NCBI GenBank assembly: GCA_038046005.1
Contig: JBBSXB010000009.1
Span: forward strand, 1 to 64,000
DNA: 64,000 bases
Source: Nanobdellota archaeon
GTDB lineage: Archaea; Nanobdellota; Nanobdellia; Pacearchaeales; GW2011-AR1
Direction: 5' to 3'
Both the position numbers and the translations under genes were made by a program. The notes beneath the pieces were generated by a model. It had not been told where the DNA came from. It saw only the letters and a list, made by a program, of their open reading frames with translations, and did not search any database. Positions 48,236 to 57,326 of the stretch are shown here, one piece after another; the first letter of the stretch is position 1, and the number at the start of each line of letters is the position of its first letter.

Positions 48236-48640
48236 ATGGTAAAAGAGGCAAAAATACAGGCAAAACCAGAACATCCTGTGCTAAGGGCTCCAAAAACCTT
48301 CGGCCAAAAATCAGCAGATTTATTGACAAAAATTGTCGGGAGTTGGGGATTTATAATCATGTTAGTAATCATGATGATTATATGGATACTCTTAAATGGG
48401 TATTATTTGATAAAACAAACAGGAAATTCTTTTGATCCTTTTCCATTCATACTTCTTAATCTTGCTCTGTCCTGCCTTGCAGTAATTCAGGCGCCAATAA
48501 TTTTAATGAGTCAGAACAGGCAAGAACAAAAAGACAGGCTTAGGTCAGAATATGACTATGCTGTCAATAGAAAAGCTGAGAAAGAAATTCAAGAGATAAG
48601 AAAACAGCTTGATAGGATTGAGGGAAAAGTCAGAAGATAA
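48236..48640 (+). CDS. DUF1003-family membrane protein
   Basis: VGSWGFI, FDPFPFILLNL, QAPIILMSQNRQ. Confidence 0.9.
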   Translation: MVKEAKIQAKPEHPVLRAPKTFGQKSADLLTKIVGSWGFIIMLVIMMIIWILLNGYYLIKQTGNSFDPFPFILLNLALSCLAVIQAPIILMSQNRQEQKDRLRSEYDYAVNRKAEKEIQEIRKQLDRIEGKVRR

Positions 48641-48681
48641 AAATTATTTGTATATTTCTTCTAATTTCCCCAATCCAAAGT

Positions 48682-49011
48682 TTAATCTTTAAGTGCTAAT
48701 TGTTGATACTCTACCACTAGATCATCCATTTCTGAAAGGTGTAGCCTATTTTCATAAGTCTCTTTCACTAAACTGTTTCTAAGTTCTCTTTCTAAGCTAG
48801 TGTGTCCGTTGAATGCTGATAAAGCTCCACCATTTCCAACCGGCTTGTAGTATTGCATTGCTATTGATCTAGCTAACTCTTTACGAATCGTGGGTGTATT
48901 ATCTGTAATTCCAAAATACATAAGTGATCCAACTAGAGAAATTACAGCAGCTGGAAAAACGAAGGGTTTCAAACAATCGCTTATATTTTTTGACAATTTC
49001 TTTGTGTTCAT
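48682..49011 (-). CDS. Hypothetical membrane-anchored protein
   Basis: N-terminal TM. Confidence 0.55.
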   Translation of the reverse strand: MNTKKLSKNISDCLKPFVFPAAVISLVGSLMYFGITDNTPTIRKELARSIAMQYYKPVGNGGALSAFNGHTSLERELRNSLVKETYENRLHLSEMDDLVVEYQQLALKD

Positions 49012-49124
49012 TTTTATTCTCCCGTTATTTAGTTAAAATATGATATTCATAATAAGTAATATATACTTGGTTCAATAATAATTAAACCAAAAGGTTTAAA
49101 TAAAGAATTAATCTATTAAGTTTA

Positions 49125-49982
49125 ATGACAATAGATATAGCTCTTCCATTTGTAAAGAAGGGAAATGTAGATGACTTAGTGTTCACTATATTAACTAAAG
49201 AGTATCCTTTAAGAGTTATTGACTTGATGAACCTCATAAGAAAAAGATATGGGAAAAGTGTGACCTTTCAAGCTGTGAGAAAAGCAGTTCTACAACTTAT
49301 GGAAAAAGAAGTTTTAGTGGCGCAAGAGAGTAGATATTCGATAAATAAAGAGTGGGTTCTAAAGAGCAAGGAATTAGTTGATTCTCTTTATGAAGAATTA
49401 AACAAGGCAAAAACTTCTCCAAAAAGTATGGAATCAATTAAAGGAGAAATTACAGTATTCAGTTTTGATTCCTTAAATGATCTTATGAAATTCTGGCAAA
49501 ATTTGATAAATGATTGGTTTAAAAAGTTCAAGAAAGGAGATTATGGAGTAAATTATTATCAATCTGCTCATGCTTGGGAAGGATTGTTACATCCAGACAT
49601 AGAAAAATCAACTATGCATCAATTAAAGCAGAAAGGAATAAAATGTTATATTATTACTACAGGAAATACTCCTCTGGATCGACAAATAGCTAAATTTTAT
49701 TCAAAATTAGGAATTACAACCCAAGCGATTCCATCTTCATCCACATTTGATAAGAGTTATTATGTCGGAACTTATGGTGATCTAGTTATTCAAACACAAT
49801 ATCCTCAGTTAATTGTAAAATTGTTAGATGCTTTTTTTAAAAAGACAAAATCTCTCACAGATGTAGATTTAGTAGAATTATCTAATATTGTCAATAGAAG
49901 AATTCTGATTAAATTAACAATAATAAAAGATCTAGCAATGGCAAAACAAATTAACAAATCGATCCATTCTTATATAGAATAA
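49125..49982 (+). CDS. Putative winged-helix transcriptional regulator
   Basis: N-terminal wHTH-like segment VTFQAVRKAVLQLMEKEVL...YSINKEW. Confidence 0.65.
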   Translation: MTIDIALPFVKKGNVDDLVFTILTKEYPLRVIDLMNLIRKRYGKSVTFQAVRKAVLQLMEKEVLVAQESRYSINKEWVLKSKELVDSLYEELNKAKTSPKSMESIKGEITVFSFDSLNDLMKFWQNLINDWFKKFKKGDYGVNYYQSAHAWEGLLHPDIEKSTMHQLKQKGIKCYIITTGNTPLDRQIAKFYSKLGITTQAIPSSSTFDKSYYVGTYGDLVIQTQYPQLIVKLLDAFFKKTKSLTDVDLVELSNIVNRRILIKLTIIKDLAMAKQINKSIHSYIE

Positions 49983-49986
49983 AATT

Positions 49987-51294
49987 TCACTCCTCCAGCC
50001 TATTATTAAACTCATGGCTAATATTTGAAAGCATTATTTCTTTAATTTTCTCCTTGTCCTTTGCCCAATCATCATGGCCCAAAACCCAACCTAACTTTAC
50101 AAAAGCCGTTTCAGACAGCATGTCTTCAAGAAAAACAGCCCCAGTGTCATTCAAAGCCCTGAGATTAGAATAGACATAAGGGTCGACTCTTCCATAAATG
50201 CATTGTGTTGTTATTCCCACAAAAATTCCTTTTGCAATAATTCTCTTCAATGTTGGAATCCATGAATTTTTGGAAGTGAGAGCCGGAACATGTCCCAGAC
50301 CAGTTGCCTCAATTATTAGTCCTTTATATCCTCGCTTAGCATAATAGTCTAAAATTTCAGGATTTTGACCAGGATAAATTTTTAATAAAGCAACTTGGCC
50401 TTCAAACTTTGTATCAACTTTGACTTTCTCTTTTCCAACAACATTATAAGGAGATAAAATTTCAAGAACGCTGGAAGATATTTTTGCAATTGGCTTTGAA
50501 TTAACAACCTTAAATGTGTCTCTTCTTGTGGAATGTAATTTCCTGACTTTCGTGCCAGGCATTGCATAACAAAAATCATCATTTGTAGAGGCATGGCCAA
50601 CAATCATGACTTCTGCAATGTCTGAAATAGCCGCAAGTGCAGCACATTTTAAATTCAAAGCAGCATCGCTAGAAGCCCTGTCAGAACTTCTCTGGCTGTA
50701 AGTTAAAACGATTGGTTTATTCAAATTCTTTATAAAAAAAGACAAAGCAGATGAAGTGTAATGCAAAGTGTCCGTTCCATGTGTTATGACAATTCCCTTG
50801 ATATTTGTATCATTCAAAAAAGGCTCAAGAGTCTTTGCAATTTTCTGCCAGTCTTTATAATCCATATCTTCGCTAGCTTTCATAAAAGGCATTTCAATTT
50901 TCACAACATTTACAATATCAAAAATCTCTGGGTAAAACTTGAATAATTCTTCTGGAGAACTCAAAGGCGCAACAGCACCAGTTCTTGAGTCATAACGATT
51001 TGCAATTGTCCCTCCAGTAATTATCATAGCAATATTTGGCTTTTTAGAATCTTTTTTAATCTCTATTTTTTCTGTTTTCTTTTCAGATTTTTCCAAAACA
51101 TTAATTTCAAGAACATCTTTTTTGTTTAATCCTATATTATAACCAGAATCCAGCTTCAAAAGTATGATTCCTTTCTCGTCTTCAGGAGTTGCAAGAAAAA
51201 TCCCTTCATAAACAACTTTCCCAAAATGCACCTCGACATAATCTCCAGGTTCTGGCTTGGAATGTATTGACTTTTCAGGTTTCTTTGGTTTCAT
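49987..51294 (-). CDS. gatD: Glu-tRNA(Gln) amidotransferase subunit D
   Basis: KLDSGYNIG, TGGTIA, HGTDT, SQRSSDRASSD. Confidence 0.96.
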   Translation of the reverse strand: MKPKKPEKSIHSKPEPGDYVEVHFGKVVYEGIFLATPEDEKGIILLKLDSGYNIGLNKKDVLEINVLEKSEKKTEKIEIKKDSKKPNIAMIITGGTIANRYDSRTGAVAPLSSPEELFKFYPEIFDIVNVVKIEMPFMKASEDMDYKDWQKIAKTLEPFLNDTNIKGIVITHGTDTLHYTSSALSFFIKNLNKPIVLTYSQRSSDRASSDAALNLKCAALAAISDIAEVMIVGHASTNDDFCYAMPGTKVRKLHSTRRDTFKVVNSKPIAKISSSVLEILSPYNVVGKEKVKVDTKFEGQVALLKIYPGQNPEILDYYAKRGYKGLIIEATGLGHVPALTSKNSWIPTLKRIIAKGIFVGITTQCIYGRVDPYVYSNLRALNDTGAVFLEDMLSETAFVKLGWVLGHDDWAKDKEKIKEIMLSNISHEFNNRLEE

Positions 51295-51299
51295 TTTAT

Positions 51300-51977
51300 T
51301 TACTCTAATTGAACGAAAACCATATTCTTAAATTTAATTTCATTAGATATTTCAGGAAAAATTTTCTTCTTTTGAATTTTATCAACTAATTCAGATACTT
51401 TTGTGTTAACAGGATATGGGTGGCAACTATATTCTATTCCATTGCAACTAAATGAGCTTAAAATTTGAGGTAACTCATCAAGCACATAGCTAGCAAGCTT
51501 CTCAATTTCAAGTTCATCTAGCTTAAGAGTAATAGTATTTTTAACAACATCTAAAACTGATTTCTTAAAATTCTTGTCTTGATTAAATTTTTTATGGAAA
51601 AATTCTCTACGTTTTTTATACTCAAAATTTTCTAAAAGTTCTTTTCTTGCAATATTGATAAATTTCTTCCTTTCATTTAGTAATTCATTAATAATCTCAT
51701 CAATTATTATTAAAATTCTGTCTCCTTCTTTTAAGGCTCTTTTTAGTGCATTTTCAGGACTTTGATTATTTTTAACTTCATAATTTATAGCATGGATTTT
51801 ATCAGCAATCCAAATAAGCACTTTTTCTTTAGTATTTTTTAAAGCCCATCCAATATACTCTTTAAGATGTTCTTTAGTAAACCACTTATTTCCAAGACTT
51901 ATTCCAATAAAAATATTATGCTTTCTAGACAAAACATCTTCTTTCTTTCCTCCCTTAACATTTATTATCTTTAACAT
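51300..51977 (-). CDS. tRNA-dependent cyclodipeptide synthase (CDPS)
   Basis: HNIFIGISLGNKWF (catalytic Ser), IADKIHAINY, YVLDELP (YxxxExP), HPYP. Confidence 0.85.
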   Translation of the reverse strand: MLKIINVKGGKKEDVLSRKHNIFIGISLGNKWFTKEHLKEYIGWALKNTKEKVLIWIADKIHAINYEVKNNQSPENALKRALKEGDRILIIIDEIINELLNERKKFINIARKELLENFEYKKRREFFHKKFNQDKNFKKSVLDVVKNTITLKLDELEIEKLASYVLDELPQILSSFSCNGIEYSCHPYPVNTKVSELVDKIQKKKIFPEISNEIKFKNMVFVQLE

Positions 51978-52076
51978 TTTAAGAACTATTACTCCATAAA
52001 ATAAACAAATAAGTTAAATATAAAAAACTATTCCCAACCACATAAATCTTTTTAAACAAAAAAAGTAGTAAAAGGT

Positions 52077-52466
52077 ATGAGAAGAAATTTAATTGCAGGA
52101 TATGTTTTGGGAGGATTACTCACAATTGGAGGTGTGCTGACAGGAGAATATGAAAGAATTAATGGGAAAGAAATTTTAAAAAGTAATCCCAGTTATGCGG
52201 AATACATTCAGCTAAATGATCAAATAGAAAATTTAAATCAGCTTTATGATATGACCTCTCATTATAAAGAATTGAGATTATATAAAGAATTGAGATTACA
52301 TGAAAGAGATAGTTTAAAATCCAAAAGAGATAGCTTAGAAAGTCTTGCCTCAACACAAAAAGGAATAAAAGAAGCGGAAAATAACGATTCAGCAGATTTT
52401 GCTTCTTTTGTTTTGTTTACGCTGGGTTTATCTTTACTTGGGGCAACAGCAATTAATCATAAATGA
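52077..52466 (+). CDS. Hypothetical membrane protein with an 18-bp tandem duplication
   Basis: TM - coiled coil - TM; YKELRL twice (52263-52298). Confidence 0.6.
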   Translation: MRRNLIAGYVLGGLLTIGGVLTGEYERINGKEILKSNPSYAEYIQLNDQIENLNQLYDMTSHYKELRLYKELRLHERDSLKSKRDSLESLASTQKGIKEAENNDSADFASFVLFTLGLSLLGATAINHK

Positions 52467-52575
52467 GCCTACTAGGAATCGAACCTAGATCAACGGGGTT
52501 TTTCAAAAGTAATCCACATAATAAAGCAAACGACTTTTCCGAAACCCGCCGTTCTATCCATTAAACTATAGGCCC
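52464..52575 (-). tRNA. tRNA-Arg(TCG) with 40-nt intron at 37/38 (52499-52538)
   Basis: GGGCCTA...GCGGG-TTTCGG[intron]C-CCCGT...GGTTCGATTCC...TAGGCTCA; BHB helix TTTC/GAAA. Confidence 0.87.
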
Positions 52576-52720
52576 ACGAATGACAGCTTGCTGGCGTTCG
52601 TTCACGAAAACCTTTAGGGTTTTCAGTGTTTAAAAAACAAGATTTTGAGGTTTATTTAATTATTTGCTATACGCCAAAAATTCCTTAATTTTAAAAAGCC
52701 TTTTAACTAAATAATACAGA

Positions 52721-53635
52721 ATGGCAACATACAAAAAGAGAAATAATTTCCAGACAGATGCTCCTGTCCAGCACATAGTCTTGAAAAGACATCATAAGAT
52801 TGTAATTGGAAGTTTCACAACTATAGTCATTGTTTATATGATTATTACTGCCATACTTCTAAACGGACTAATTGTAAAGCAAAGTATCAACAATAAAGAT
52901 TTGACAAATAAAATAAACAGTCTCCAAGCAGACACACAAAGCAAGTTAAATGAAGTAACTTCAGGATTGATGAAAACAAATGAACAAGTATCCTCGTTAG
53001 GCTCTCAAGTAGGTTCAATAGACAAAGAATTTTCTTCATTAAAAGCTTCTGTAAGCGAAGATTTTTCAGGAATAATTGAGCAGTTGATTCCTTCCGTCGT
53101 AACAATAAGAACAAACATAGGCCAGGGAACAGGTTTTGTAATAACAGATGACGGATATGTAGTAACAAATGCCCACGTCCTTTCAGGAGGAAATTTTGTC
53201 CAGGCAATAAATTACAAGCAAGAAATCATTGAAGCAAATTTAGTAGGTTACTATGAAAATTACGACATAGCTCTTTTGAAAATTAACGGAAGTTATACCC
53301 CATTAAAATTAGCAAATTCAAACAATGTGCAGATTGGAGAAAAAGTCATAGCAATTGGAAATCCTTTAGGTTTGCAATTTTCTGTCTCTCAAGGAATTGT
53401 TTCAGGAGTCCACAGATCAGGCCCAAATAATTTGTTAGCATACATCCAAACAGATGCTGCATTAAATCCTGGAAACTCCGGCGGCCCTTTAATAGACAAA
53501 AATGGAGAAGTTGTTGGAATAAATAATTTCAAAATCGGTTCAGGAGAAAGCTTAGGATTTGCACTAGAGAGTAATTTCATAAAAGATTCTGTGAATCAAA
53601 TAGCTTACAAAAACTTGAATCAAACTTTGATTTAA
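52721..53635 (+). CDS. Membrane-anchored trypsin-like (HtrA-type, PDZ-less) serine protease
   Basis: VVTNAHV, DIALLK, QTDAALNPGNSGGPL. Confidence 0.92.
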   Translation: MATYKKRNNFQTDAPVQHIVLKRHHKIVIGSFTTIVIVYMIITAILLNGLIVKQSINNKDLTNKINSLQADTQSKLNEVTSGLMKTNEQVSSLGSQVGSIDKEFSSLKASVSEDFSGIIEQLIPSVVTIRTNIGQGTGFVITDDGYVVTNAHVLSGGNFVQAINYKQEIIEANLVGYYENYDIALLKINGSYTPLKLANSNNVQIGEKVIAIGNPLGLQFSVSQGIVSGVHRSGPNNLLAYIQTDAALNPGNSGGPLIDKNGEVVGINNFKIGSGESLGFALESNFIKDSVNQIAYKNLNQTLI

Positions 53636-53682
53636 CATTCTCAAAACCTTAATTTAATAAACCCCAATCAATTTATACTAAA

Positions 53683-55137
53683 ATGCAGGAAAAACAGAAC
53701 AAAGAAGGATTAACAGTCAAGAAAGATGAGAATTTCTCAGAATGGTATTCACAAATTGTCCAGAAATGCGAGCTGGCAGACCTCAGATACAATGTCAAAG
53801 GTTTTTTAGTTTTTCAGCCATGGTCTGTCCTTTCTATGGAAAAAATGTACTATTATCTTGAAAAAGTATTGCGAAGAAAAAAACACAAACCATATTTTTA
53901 CCCAACAGTTATTCCAGAAAGCAATTTCAAAAAAGAATCTTCTCATGTCAAAGGTTTTACGCCGGAAGTTTTTTGGGTTACACACGGCGGAACAAAAGAA
54001 CTGGAAGAGAGACTTGCTTTAAGACCAACTTCAGAAACTGCGTTTTACCAGATGTTTGCATTATGGATAAGAAGCTACAAAGACCTTCCATTTAAGACGT
54101 ATCAAAGAGCTCAAGTTTTTAGATATGAAACAAAAGCCACAAGACCTTTCCTAAGAAGCAGAGAATTTCACTGGATAGAAACCCATTGTGTTCACGCAAC
54201 AGAAAAAGACGCTTTGACCCAGGTTAATGAAGACATGGAAACGACTGAGGAAGTTTTACATCAAATTTTTGGGTTGCCATTCATGTTTTTTGAAAGACCT
54301 TCTTGGGATAAATTTGCAGGAGCATACAGAACATTCGCAGCAGATGTTTTGAATCCAGATGGAAAAGTTGTCCAACAACCTTCAACCCACATACTCTCTC
54401 CTAGTTTTGCAAAAGCATTTGGCATAAAATACAAAGACAAAGACGGCAAAGACAAAGGAGTCTATACAACATGCTACGGCCCAGCTGTTTCTAGGATAAT
54501 GGCAAGTGTTGCAATAGTCCACGGAGATGATAAAGGATTAAAATTCCCCTGGGAAATTGCCCCAGTCCAAGTTGTAATAGTCCCCATAGGTGAAGAAAAA
54601 GAAGTAATTGAAAAAGCGAAAGTCCTTGAAAGTAAAATAAGTGAATTAGCCTCGGTAGAGATAGACGAAACAAACAAAAGACCGGGAGAAAAATTCAACT
54701 ATTGGGAAATGAAGGGAGTCCCTTTAAGAATTGATATGGGAATGAATGATATAAAGAAAAAACAATTAACAATATTTAGAAGAGATTTAGACAAAAAAGA
54801 AACCATTCAAGAAAAAAACATTTTAAGCTACATAGAAGAAACTTCAAAAGAAATAACAAAAAATCTCAGAGAAAAAGCTGACAAGATTTTTAACAACAGA
54901 ATAAAACTAGCAAAATCCAAAGAAGAAATGAAAAAAATAATAGAGCAAGGTGGAATAGTTCAATGCAATTTTTGCTCTGTAGAAAAAGAAGGAATAAAAT
55001 GTGCAGAAGTCATAGAAAAAGAAATTGGTGCTGATGTTAGAGGAACCAGATTAGATGAAACAAAAAAACCTTCAGGAAATTGTGCAATATGCAATAAAAA
55101 GGCAAACCATGTTGTTTACATCGCCAGAAGCTACTGA
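53683..55137 (+). CDS. proS: Prolyl-tRNA synthetase (archaeal/eukaryotic type)
   Basis: LRPTSET, FRYETKATRPFLRSREF, HGDDKGL, C-terminal ARSY. Confidence 0.96.
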   Translation: MQEKQNKEGLTVKKDENFSEWYSQIVQKCELADLRYNVKGFLVFQPWSVLSMEKMYYYLEKVLRRKKHKPYFYPTVIPESNFKKESSHVKGFTPEVFWVTHGGTKELEERLALRPTSETAFYQMFALWIRSYKDLPFKTYQRAQVFRYETKATRPFLRSREFHWIETHCVHATEKDALTQVNEDMETTEEVLHQIFGLPFMFFERPSWDKFAGAYRTFAADVLNPDGKVVQQPSTHILSPSFAKAFGIKYKDKDGKDKGVYTTCYGPAVSRIMASVAIVHGDDKGLKFPWEIAPVQVVIVPIGEEKEVIEKAKVLESKISELASVEIDETNKRPGEKFNYWEMKGVPLRIDMGMNDIKKKQLTIFRRDLDKKETIQEKNILSYIEETSKEITKNLREKADKIFNNRIKLAKSKEEMKKIIEQGGIVQCNFCSVEKEGIKCAEVIEKEIGADVRGTRLDETKKPSGNCAICNKKANHVVYIARSY

Positions 55138-55434
55138 ATATCTACAGCTATTTGTTTTAGCTCATCTTCTAATCTTAAGGTCAGGCTAATCAATGACTCA
55201 AACTCTTTCTGCAAATATTCTATTTCCTTATCTTCTTTTTCCATTTTATTTGATCAGAAAATTTCCCTGAATTAACTAAGAACTAACTCCTTAATCTAAT
55301 CCAGCAAAAACTCTGAATTAAATTAAAGTGACTTTTTACATTTGATATTAAGAGCTATAGCTAGAAAAATATTCAAATCTGTATCTTCCAGCCTATCCAT
55401 AATAAATTAAGTTATATCTGATATTTATATTTAT

Positions 55435-56475
55435 CTATACTAAAGTTTTGATTTTATCAACAAATTTTTCCAAACTGTCTGCACTCATCTGTCCGCCAAC
55501 AGCATCTTTATGGCCACCGCCCGTCGCACCATCAATCCCCTCAAGAGCTTCCAAAAATTTCTCCCTAATATTGCTTCCCCTAAGAGAGATATTAACCTTG
55601 CTGCCTTTAAGATAGGCAACAACCACTATCTTGTCAGGAAAAAGATATTTGACATTATTCGCCAACTCTCCGCTGACACTCAAATCTCCGCCGTATTTAA
55701 AAAATAAAACCCGGCCATTTTTTTTATAAACTTTTTTAGCCTTTTCTAAAAGCTGAACGTATTTTTTTCTAATCTCTAATGACTTCTTGTGCATATTGCG
55801 ATTTTTTCCATTTTCTTCCAGAATGTCATAAGGCGATTTCACCTTTACCAGATATCTGAGCATATTAACCACATTAGTTGTTGAGTCCTTAAGTCCATTG
55901 CTCATTATAAATGCAACTTCTCCTATCTTAGACTCATAAAGAACTTTAAATGGATCCTTAGTCTCTACTGCAAGTTCTGGAAATTTCTCCTTAAAATTAT
56001 CATAAAAACCAGGGAGATAGCTGTCAGAAACAGAACCTATTAATGCTATCCACTCATCCTCTTTTTTTTTAGTGGCATAATAACACAAAACAGTTGTCGG
56101 CTCATTTGATTTGGGATTATTAAAAATAGGATTGTAATAGGAAACAAACTCTGGAATTTCCTCCCCATCAATCTCATGATGGTCAATCCAAACAATAGGA
56201 ATATTAACTTCTTTAGCTCTCTCAAAAAATCCTTTAGACACAACCGGTTTATCTAGGATAAAGATGTAATCTCCATTCAACTCTTGCACTTTTCTAAAAT
56301 AATTCTCATCCAGAGCAGGAAAAGATTTTATTACCACCCCTTTCCCTCGGCCAATATACCTTTGAAGGATCAGAAAAGCGCACAATCCATCAGGATCATT
56401 ATCAAAAAAGAAAACAGGATTTTGGGCTTTTTCCAGATGTTCTCTGATTTCTTTGATTTGTACATCATTCAACAT
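55435..56475 (-). CDS. DHH/DHHA1 phosphoesterase
   Basis: DNDPDG, WIDHH, SLRG, GGGHKDAVG. Confidence 0.9.
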   Translation of the reverse strand: MLNDVQIKEIREHLEKAQNPVFFFDNDPDGLCAFLILQRYIGRGKGVVIKSFPALDENYFRKVQELNGDYIFILDKPVVSKGFFERAKEVNIPIVWIDHHEIDGEEIPEFVSYYNPIFNNPKSNEPTTVLCYYATKKKEDEWIALIGSVSDSYLPGFYDNFKEKFPELAVETKDPFKVLYESKIGEVAFIMSNGLKDSTTNVVNMLRYLVKVKSPYDILEENGKNRNMHKKSLEIRKKYVQLLEKAKKVYKKNGRVLFFKYGGDLSVSGELANNVKYLFPDKIVVVAYLKGSKVNISLRGSNIREKFLEALEGIDGATGGGHKDAVGGQMSADSLEKFVDKIKTLV

Positions 56476-56532
56476 TGCAGAAAAACGTTAGAGGCCTTTA
56501 AGAGGTTTTTCCTATTATATTTTTCAAAGCTC

Positions 56533-56547
56533 GGACGCTACGCGTCC
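56533..56547 (-). other. GC hairpin GGACGC-GTA-GCGTCC after the putative VR
   Basis: Perfect 6-bp stem with 3-nt loop, overlapping the stop codon. Confidence 0.7.
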
Positions 56548-57281
56548 TCGCACACCCCAAAAGCATAGCCGTTGTTGTCACCAAACCAGCCGTCGCCATC
56601 GACATCCAACCTGTTGCGACCAAAGTCTCTGTCGGAGTAAAGACTAGCAACTCTTAAAGCAGGTTCTTTAGACTTATCAAAATTAAAAACATTAACTCCT
56701 TTCTTGTAAAATTTAGGTGAAGAAATTTCTCTAAGCTTTTCAGCAGTTTTGTTTTCAATATGTTCTAATATTCTTGCTAATCCGCCTTCACAGAAACTAT
56801 CACAATCTTGAGTTCCTTGTCTGAATGTTTCGTAAGGTGCAAATCCAAAATCATTGTCTAAAAGATAAATCCCGTTTACTTTTCTGTCTGAAGTTAAAAA
56901 TACTTTAAGAACATTTTCATCAGTTATTGGATTTCCTTGAGCACCTTTTGGAGGATTTGCAAAAACTCCCTCGCTTGTTCTTACAATGTATCCTAGCTGA
57001 AGCCATCTCGGGTCAAAAATCTGCGGTTTAGCTAAATTCCCAAAATCATAAGCAGCAGCTGAAACTGATTCAGAAGTTGTTGGAGCTTTAAAATTAATCT
57101 CTTTTCCTGTTTGTGGATGAGAATAATCTTTTTTCATTTCAGAAATATTTATACTAAAATAATTTGACCCAAAAGCCGGATGAGAAACAACCAATCCTTT
57201 ATTTTTATGAGGAACTACAAGTAAATCTCTTAGCTCATATTCGGACCTTTTTGCCGTGATTATTCCATATTGCGTTTCCAT
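56538..57281 (-). CDS. Probable remote DGR target protein
   Basis: C-terminal 35 codons are enriched in NNC codons (RVASLYSDRDFGRNRLDVDGDGWFGDNNGYAFGV); a GC hairpin spans the stop. Confidence 0.7.
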   Translation of the reverse strand: METQYGIITAKRSEYELRDLLVVPHKNKGLVVSHPAFGSNYFSINISEMKKDYSHPQTGKEINFKAPTTSESVSAAAYDFGNLAKPQIFDPRWLQLGYIVRTSEGVFANPPKGAQGNPITDENVLKVFLTSDRKVNGIYLLDNDFGFAPYETFRQGTQDCDSFCEGGLARILEHIENKTAEKLREISSPKFYKKGVNVFNFDKSKEPALRVASLYSDRDFGRNRLDVDGDGWFGDNNGYAFGVCEDA

Positions 57282-57326
57282 GGTTTTCCTATTAACTCGG
57301 ACTTTTTAAACTTTATTGTGCAGAAA

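Noticed and set aside
52263-52298. 18-bp tandem duplication
   Set aside because: Simple in-frame slippage in an orphan gene; not an array.
55131-55400. Short minus-strand ORF fragments after proS
   Set aside because: Multiple stops and no recognisable family; at most a decayed remnant.
56550-56651. Second VR copied from TR 817-901
   Set aside because: Only about 9 bp are shared; the remainder cannot be aligned by A-only changes.
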